DNA of 64,000 nucleotides from a virus. The notes below the pieces were generated by a model. That model was given only the letters and a program-made list of their open reading frames with translations, had not been told where the DNA came from and ran no database searches. Shown here piece after piece: positions 63,992-64,000 of the stretch. The stretch covers positions 1-64,000 of IMG/VR virus record IMGVR_UViG_3300042448_001253; one strand, written 5' to 3'. The position numbers and the translations under genes were made by a program. Position 1 is the first letter of the stretch; every line of letters begins with the position of its first letter.

Positions 63992-64000
63992 TTTTCCTAC

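Overview
This window is part of a large tailed dsDNA phage genome, most likely a lytic siphovirus of Actinomycetota (two WhiB genes, a DUF3039-like gene, NrdH, SigA-like and leaderless promoters). A freshwater Microbacteriaceae-type host is an inference only. Layout: (1) 1-4.8 kb, minus-strand accessory genes, including four short paralogs, a glycosyltransferase, an MT-A70 methyltransferase and a serine recombinase; (2) 5.0-6.8 kb, an RNA island with a tmRNA gene (tag ANTSAYALAA), an exact 86-bp direct repeat that folds into a tRNA-like structure and brackets one membrane-protein gene, and two further structured intergenic segments; (3) 6.8-11.6 kb, holin-like gene, whiB, nrdH, class II nrdJ and a beta-propeller; (4) 11.7-18.9 kb, plus-strand tail-fibre module; (5) 19-35 kb, replication and recombination (primase-helicase, PolA, RuvC-like, SNF2, Cas4-like exonuclease, AAA ATPase, SSB), a beta-glucosyltransferase-like gene and a second whiB; (6) 34.8-64 kb, minus-strand virion operon (LysM-repeat protein, multidomain prohead protease, hexamer- and pentamer-type capsid proteins, tail tube, frameshifted chaperone, tape measure, distal tail and tail tip), ending in a cytidylyltransferase gene. 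Terminase, portal and endolysin were not found in the window. The most unusual signals are the duplicated tRNA-like RNA with its cargo gene, a recurring [LVI]-[TVQ]-A-[SAG]-[GA] motif at domain borders of three head proteins, one small beta-barrel module repeated across five tail proteins, a dispersed glycosylation toolkit, and apparent absence of GATC. All annotations come from reading the sequence and recalling family motifs; no database searches or folding programs were run.
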